From the NCBI GenBank assembly GCA_963751455.1, contig CAVVUN010000015.1, forward strand, positions 128,001 through 192,000: DNA of 64,000 nt, given 5' to 3'. The notes beneath the pieces were generated by a model. That model was not told where the DNA came from. It was given only the letters and a program-made list of their open reading frames with translations, and searched no databases. This DNA comes from Nitrospirota bacterium (GTDB lineage: Bacteria > Nitrospirota > UBA9217). This document shows, piece by piece, positions 58,271 to 64,000 of the stretch (position 1 is its first letter; every line of letters starts with the position of its first letter). The translations under genes were made by a program, and so were the position numbers.

Positions 58271-59222
58271 ATGTTTCGTCCTCAGATAAAAATCCTTGAT
58301 TGCACGGTCCGGGACGGCGGCTTGATCAACCAATGGCAGTTCAGTGATGAATTCGTGAGAAAGGTCTTTATCGCCCTGTCAAAGGCGGGCGTAGACTACA
58401 TGGAGATCGGATACAAGTCATCGGAAAAATGTTTTTCACGCGCTGAAAACGGCGCTTGGAAGTTTTGCTCGGAGGACGATTTGAAAAGGATCGTCGGCGG
58501 CATGGACAAGACGATGAAGTTGTCAGCCATGGCGGACATCGGCCGCATCGATCACGAAGACATCCCGAAAAAGAGCGAGAGCGCCCTGGACATGATCAGG
58601 GTGGCCTGCTATGCGAAGGAGGTCGATAAAGCGATCAGCCTTGCGCACCACTGCATGGACAAGGGCTACGAAACCACGATCAACCTCATGGCCGTCTCGA
58701 AGGTGCTTGAAAAGGAACTTGATGACGCGCTCGAGGACCTGGCGAAAAGCAATGTGCCCGTCATCTATCTCGTTGACAGCTTCGGCGCGATGTATTCGGA
58801 GCAGGTCCATTTCTTTGCAAAGAAATACATGGAGGCGCTGCCCGGAAAGGAACTCGGCATCCATACGCACAATAATCAGCAGCTCGCCTTTTCGAATACG
58901 ATAGACGGGATCATCGCGGGGATAAACCGGCTCGACGCGACGATCTACGGCATGGGCAGGGGAGCGGGCAATTGTCCGCTCGAACTCCTGCTTTCATTTC
59001 TCAAAAACCCCAAATTCGATATAACGCCCATCATCGAGATCATCCAGGAGATCTTCATCCCCATGAAGGCAAAAGTGGAGTGGGGGTACCATATTCCGTA
59101 TATGATAACAGGCATCCTGAACGAACATCCCCAGAAGCGGAATGAAGGCCATGTCGGCGAAAAAGCTCCCTGACCTCAGGAAGTTTTACGAAGACCTGAG
59201 AGACGGCACAGTACTGGATTAA
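58271..59222 (+). CDS. DRE-TIM metallolyase (4-hydroxy-2-oxovalerate-aldolase-like); frameshift in a C run near 59131
   Basis: LDCTVRDGG, VDSFG, H.HNN, GMGRGAGN; removing one C restores HPRSGMKAM...VLD*, matching the paralogous fragment at 62428. Confidence 0.85.
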
Positions 59223-59569
59223 AGAGAACGCAATCTTTTAACAGATGAGGAACGGGCGCGGAAAGCACAATACGTTTCTACCCGAGTCGTAAGCGGTTTT
59301 CCTGCAGAGTATTTATCGCGCCCGGTATCCTTCTGAAGCGGGACTTTTGCCGGACGGAGAACCTGTAGAACAGGACGCAAATCGGGCTCTTAAGTCCGCG
59401 AGAAACGTGGCCGGCTGGCTTCAGTCGATTCTGAGGAAGAAGTAAACTTCCTGTTCACGTATCTTTTTGCCCGCACTCCGCAATTACACACACGCCATGC
59501 TCTATGCGCTCTGCCTTCTCCCTTTACTTTTACTATATTTTATAGTACCTTTCATTAAAGAGGTATATT

Positions 59570-59890
59570 ATGCTCAAGGAAAAGGACCGCAAGATTGCCC
59601 GCGAATTGAAGGAAAGATTATCAGAAGTCGTTGAACTCCTCGACTTCAAGGTTTTCGGATCGCGAGCGCGCGGCGACGCGGACGAATACTCGGATCTTGA
59701 CGTTTTTCTCAAGATCGAGTCGCTCAACAAAGAAGTGAAGGAAAAGATCTCCGCTGTTGTATGGGAAGTCGGTTTTAATAATTATACGGTCATATCGCCG
59801 CTCATCTTCACCAGAGATGAACTCAAGAATTCTCCACTTCGCGTCTCGTCGATTGTCCAGGCTATATCCGAAGAAGGAGTGCCTGTATGA
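59570..59890 (+). CDS. Minimal nucleotidyltransferase (MNT) antitoxin
   Basis: VFGSRARGD....SDLD, terminal EG. Confidence 0.9.
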   Translation: MLKEKDRKIARELKERLSEVVELLDFKVFGSRARGDADEYSDLDVFLKIESLNKEVKEKISAVVWEVGFNNYTVISPLIFTRDELKNSPLRVSSIVQAISEEGVPV

Positions 59891-60286
59891 CCGATCGTGA
59901 CGCTCTCCTCGCTTTCCGGTTAAAAGAGGCCGAGGAGACTTTGGCCGATGCCGAACGGATGCTGAAAAGCGGAGTGAGTGCCCGGTCTGTTTCCAATCGC
60001 TCCTATTACTGCATGTTTTATGCGGTGCTGGCGCTTTTTTTGAAGGTCGGGATCAGTGCAAAGACTTCGAAGCACGCAGGAGTCATTTCCGTTTTCGATA
60101 AGGAGTTTGTTCACTCTGGAAGACTTGACGCGGTATTCAAAGCTTCTTCACAAGATGTTTGAAGCTCGTCAAAATATTGATTACAAGGAACTTGTCCAGG
60201 TGACCATGGAAGAAGCCTCGGAACATGTGCGGGGTGCGCGAGAATTTATCGATGCCGTGAAGAAGTTTATACAATCAACCGCCTGA
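59887..60286 (+). CDS. HEPN-domain protein, frameshifted near 60130
   Basis: NRSYY.MF, KH.GVI..F.KEFV then, in another frame, F..RQ..DY; ATGA overlap with MNT. Confidence 0.8.
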
Positions 60287-60396
60287 ATTACCGCCTGAAT
60301 TCCGGAGCGGCCCATTCCCGCATCTATCATTCATGAATCCTGCATCATGCATGTTGAATCATGAAATTCCTTCCGCATTCATAACTTCGCATTCGA

Positions 60397-60653
60397 AAAA
60401 TCAAGAAAAAGTCAATCGTCACGCTATCCGCTACGTCGAAACGGACAGGCTAAGGAAGATCGTGCTCTCAAGGGAATAATGATGCCGATCGATATTCTCG
60501 TGGTTCGAGAAACGGTGCTGAGGGAATGCGCCGACGTTCCCGGCCTGATATACCGGGAGGCGATGAAGAACGGAAAGGTCGTTTATGAATCCGCAGCCTG
60601 ATAAGCGGATGCCGGCATCCCCGGAGGAGTGGATGGTCCACGCGAAGGGTTGA
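60397..60653 (+). pseudogene. Remnants of a second MNT-HEPN pair
   Basis: MNT C-terminus LKGIMMPIDILVV...PGLIYREA..GKVVYE overlapping a HEPN-like start PEEWMVHAK that stops after 22 aa. Confidence 0.65.
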
Positions 60654-60666
60654 TCCGGAGAAATAT

Positions 60667-60780
60667 ATGCCTGTCATCTCCATGTTTTTCGGTTTAATCA
60701 TCAGGATGTACTATCAAGAGCACAATCCGCCTCACCTGCATGCTGAATATCAGGGATCGAGAGCAGTGCTCGATTTCTTT
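60667..60780 (+). pseudogene. Truncated DUF4160 family toxin gene
   Basis: MPVISMFFG..IRMY..EHNPPH.HAEY; similarity lost after about 37 aa; no DUF2442 partner. Confidence 0.75.
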
Positions 60781-61013
60781 TCAACACACCCCGTTTTTAT
60801 TCACCCAAATCAGAGTTTATTCAACTCCTTCCGTAACAAAACAATGGTCTGTATAATCGAAAGGCAAATCGCTTGCCGGATGGGCCGGCCTATCTGCTCC
60901 AGCAGGTCAGTATCATGCAGGAAGCCGATTATTTCGAGATCGCTTGCTGACATGCTGCAGGTCAAGTGAGTCTCTGATCATATCAGTGACTTTGTCCGGA
61001 AATAAAAAGCTGC

Positions 61014-61052
61014 TTGACATACTTTATGTATGTGTTATTATTATGCATAATA
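61014..61052 (+). promoter_or_regulatory. TA promoter with palindromic operators
   Basis: TTGACA 61014; acatac-N5-gtatgt and perfect palindrome tattatgcataata. Confidence 0.7.
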
Positions 61053-61076
61053 CAGGATAATTGATTGGAGTGGATT

Positions 61077-61388
61077 ATGACGACAAATCCGGCAAAAAGG
61101 ATCGGGGTCTCGATTCCTGACAACGTACTGAAAGATCTCCAGGCACTCGTACCTGAAAGAAAACGAAGCGAGTATATCGTAACGGCACTGCGCGACAGGA
61201 TCGAGGAGGAAAAGAAACGTTTGCTGCGTGAAAAAATGGCGGCAGGATATCGATCCAATACAAATGCGGATGCCGAGACAGCCGAAGAATGGCGACCGCT
61301 TGAGGAAGAGGTCGATGCGCTTTCAAGCGTCCGGGAACCGAAAAAAACATACGGGAGGAAGCCGCGTGGTCGTTCCCAAAAGAGGTGA
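61077..61388 (+). CDS. Ribbon-helix-helix antitoxin
   Basis: RIGVSIP, RSEYI..AL, M..GY; overlaps the mazF gene. Confidence 0.85.
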   Translation: MTTNPAKRIGVSIPDNVLKDLQALVPERKRSEYIVTALRDRIEEEKKRLLREKMAAGYRSNTNADAETAEEWRPLEEEVDALSSVREPKKTYGRKPRGRSQKR

Positions 61389-61710
61389 TGTATATTACGT
61401 CTCATTCGACCCGACTATCGGAGTCGAGATCAAGAAGACGCGTCCGGCGCTGATCATACAAAACGACATCGGCAACGTTCATTCTTCGGCAACCATTGTC
61501 GCGGCAATCACGTCAACTGCCAGAGGCGCGTTTCCTTACGAAGTTGCCTTGCGGGCAGGAGAAGGAGGCCTCCCGAAAGACTCCCTTATTCTTCTAAATC
61601 AGATCCGGACCATCGACAAGAAGAGACTCGGCCGAAAGACGGGAACAGTTTCCGCCGCAACTATGAAAGACGTTGACGAAGCAATAGCGATCAGTCTCGG
61701 TCTTGAATAA
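61366..61710 (+). CDS. mazF: PemK/MazF family endoribonuclease toxin
   Basis: RGDVY...DP..G.EI.KTRPALIIQND..N, QIRTIDKKRL. Confidence 0.93.
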   Translation: MVVPKRGDVYYVSFDPTIGVEIKKTRPALIIQNDIGNVHSSATIVAAITSTARGAFPYEVALRAGEGGLPKDSLILLNQIRTIDKKRLGRKTGTVSAATMKDVDEAIAISLGLE

Positions 61711-61880
61711 AAGAGTTCAGACGAACCCCGCTTTTCACACGGAGCCGCGGAGCACACAGGGCAAGCGAAAACTCGATGAAGTGGACCGATATGCGATTTG
61801 CTCAGGGCTTTTCGGCCAGAAGTACCGGCTTTGAAGTTGCTGAGGACGTTTCACCGACCGAGCGAATTTGACCGTGCGAC

Positions 61881-61976
61881 AGAGACCTCCTCGATCTTGT
61901 CCAAAAAGGGGTCCTGAAAAAATCAGGAACCACGGGACGAGGCACTTCTTACGTAATAGCTCGCAAAGGGGACATT
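61881..61976 (+). pseudogene. Winged-helix C-terminal remnant of an ATPase/regulator gene
   Basis: RDLLDLVQKGVLKKSGTTGRGTSY with no start codon. Confidence 0.5.
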
Positions 61977-62402
61977 ATTCTCAAGGAATATTTTACGTCA
62001 GATTTACATCCGATCAAACAGCCTTTTCGTCAGATTTTGTTATTGCTTCAAGACGTATTTCAGGGTTGTCATGCGCTACTGTTTGAACCCTGAGATGTTC
62101 GGGTCCATGGACGGATCTCTAATACAGATAATCAAAAAGCTTACCCCATTTCTCCGTCTTTTTCCCCTTTTCTCCTGATTCTTTTGATTTCGATCCTGAA
62201 TAGTTACGAATGAATATCTCTCAGTCACCGCATTCCGTACTTGCACACCACGCTATGCTCTTTGCACTATGCTCCACACGTTTACGTATTCGGCGCTCCG
62301 AAATCCGCGCATCGTCCAATATGCGATTTATAATTCTGCGACCTATAATTCTTGATTTTAACTTTATTTTATAGTACTTCATTCCAGAAAGGAAATATTA
62401 GC

Positions 62403-62618
62403 GTGAAGGTGCGTGAAGTTGTAAAATTGATAACGGGCATCCTGAACGAACACCCGAGAAGCGGGATGAAGGCGATGTCAGCAAAAAAGCTCCCTGACCT
62501 CAAGAAATTCTACCAAGAGCTGAGAGACGGCGCAGAACTGGATTAAAGGGACCTCAATCACCTTAAAAAAAGGAAGGAGCGGGTGCGGAAAGCACAACCC
62601 ATTCCGCTCTCGAGTCGT
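62403..62618 (+). pseudogene. HicA-like start fused to a duplicate aldolase 3' end
   Basis: MKVREVVKLI joined to TGILNEHPRSG...ELD*; 62428-62618 aligns with 59103-59290. Confidence 0.85.
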
Positions 62619-62714
62619 CTCCCCCTTACTTAGAGTCTGTATTTAAATGTCCTTTCTATGAAGTTAAGGTTCACGTCACGAAGCGATTTGCAGTTATAGT
62701 TCCTTAAAGATGCT

Positions 62715-63311
62715 TTAATACTGAACTATATAAGTACAGTTCGAAGATCCTTTTTTCCGGCACGGCTTCGAATCGTCGTGCCGAACAACCGCGTCCGGCT
62801 GAAATTTCTGCGCCATGAATGTCAATATCCCCATATCGAAATCGCAGGGATAGGGATTTTCACACTCGCTGATTATAAGATTCTCACCGTCAACTTTCTT
62901 ATACCCGTAATGACCGATACCCTCGGTCATTTTACCGCTTGCAGGATCAAACAGCTCTTTCCCGCTTTTTCTGTGGTTCATATGATATGCGATATCAACC
63001 GATTGGATCGCGCTCTCGACGTCTTTAACCCAGGGTGGAAATTTTGCATTTTTGGGTATCGAAAGCCCGATTTGGAACAACACCGAACTCCCTACCCCCT
63101 TTGAAATGCTTTCAAATGCCTTGAGCCACGCCTCCTGAGAATACCATGCATCCAGACGAATCTTTACAGAGCCATCTTTTTCGACATCTCCTATTCCTGC
63201 GTCGCTCAGATGTTTATACGCGAGCGCTTTGATCACCCTGAACCCATCTACAATTGCATACACGGTTTGTCCATTCACCTCGATGTTTTTTTCAAACGGT
63301 TTAAACTGCAT
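62715..63311 (-). CDS. Hypothetical protein with V4R-like Cys pattern
   Basis: C.NPYPC.FD.G...H.....CR..G...C.Y; AAGGAG RBS. Confidence 0.6.
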   Translation of the reverse strand: MQFKPFEKNIEVNGQTVYAIVDGFRVIKALAYKHLSDAGIGDVEKDGSVKIRLDAWYSQEAWLKAFESISKGVGSSVLFQIGLSIPKNAKFPPWVKDVESAIQSVDIAYHMNHRKSGKELFDPASGKMTEGIGHYGYKKVDGENLIISECENPYPCDFDMGILTFMAQKFQPDAVVRHDDSKPCRKKGSSNCTYIVQY

Positions 63312-63650
63312 GGCTTTCTCCTTCCCCTGTTTTCAGCATGACTGCAGGACGTTTTTTCCAGTTCATAATAAATTACCAGATAGGATAAATAGTTACCATA
63401 CCCCAGACGGGGTATTTTCAGGGTATGACCGGATTGTCCAACCTTGAAAAAAACGAAGACTTAAGGGGCCTCCCCCTCTGGCGCTATTGAGTACTCCGCA
63501 CTAAGCACATGCAGCCTGTCCTCGAAGGAATTAATCGCGAACGCTCAGCACGCTATGCGCCATACCCGGTGGGAGTTGACGGTGTTAATTTTTCCAGTTT
63601 GAAATCCACCCGTATTCTGATATAGTAGGCATAAGTGGGAGGAATTTGGC

Positions 63651-63968
63651 ATGGAAATTACCGAAAACAAACTGAACGAGATACTGGATAAACAGCGCCA
63701 ACAATTCCAGCAGGTTGTCGAAAAAGAACAGAAGGAAACCCGTCATTTGTTCGGCATCATGAAAGAAAATTTCGATACGAAAATTGAGCTTATCGGTGAA
63801 CAGTACGGCACTGTTAAAGAGATGATCGGATCGCTTGCGGAAGATATTCAGGTCATTAAGACCGATGTCGAATTTGTGAAGAGCTCGCTCCGCAAGAAAG
63901 TGGACTACGACGAGTTTGAAGCGCTCGCGAAAAGGGTCTCGTCGCTGGAGGCAAAGGTAAGGAAGTAG
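63651..63968 (+). CDS. Hypothetical coiled-coil protein
   Basis: 105 aa, heptad-like and charged, GGGAGG RBS. Confidence 0.65.
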   Translation: MEITENKLNEILDKQRQQFQQVVEKEQKETRHLFGIMKENFDTKIELIGEQYGTVKEMIGSLAEDIQVIKTDVEFVKSSLRKKVDYDEFEALAKRVSSLEAKVRK

Positions 63969-64000
63969 ATATAATATTTTTTTGAAAATTGAACTCTGAA

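Noticed and set aside
59290-62620. Integron cassette array or prophage
   Set aside because: No intI, no regular attC sites and no phage genes
254-63447. Numerous antisense or overlapping ORFs in the six-frame track (e.g. 2785-3501, 8819-9553, 38613-39413, 48868-49767)
   Set aside because: These are shadows of well-supported genes with no motifs of their own

Overview
This is a bacterial chromosomal window of roughly 50% GC. Gene content suggests an anaerobe, possibly Nitrospirota- or Desulfobacterota-like, which is an inference. Recognisable loci: (1) a mercury-methylation operon (AbrB-like gene, hgcA, hgcB) about 3 kb from a RACo/ASKHA corrinoid activator; (2) a polyamine operon (speD, speE, PLP decarboxylase); (3) a glycosyltransferase/radical-SAM/FAD-oxidoreductase cluster, interrupted by a thermolysin-family protease whose propeptide and catalytic domain are two separately secreted proteins; (4) a porin, two lipoproteins (one with CxxCH) and two MacB-type permeases; (5) a histidine kinase/HD-GYP pair and a separate His-less pseudo-kinase; (6) a toxin-antitoxin islet bracketed by two alleles of the 3' end of an aldolase gene. 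Intergenic DNA is rich in nested palindromic repeats. It also holds a three-copy tandem repeat of about 260 bp and two diverged copies of a ~320-nt element with conserved, covarying secondary structure. I found no tRNA, rRNA, CRISPR array or intact transposase/integrase. Three single-base frameshifts between 57.5 and 60.2 kb may be assembly errors. All calls come from motif recognition by eye; no database searches were run.
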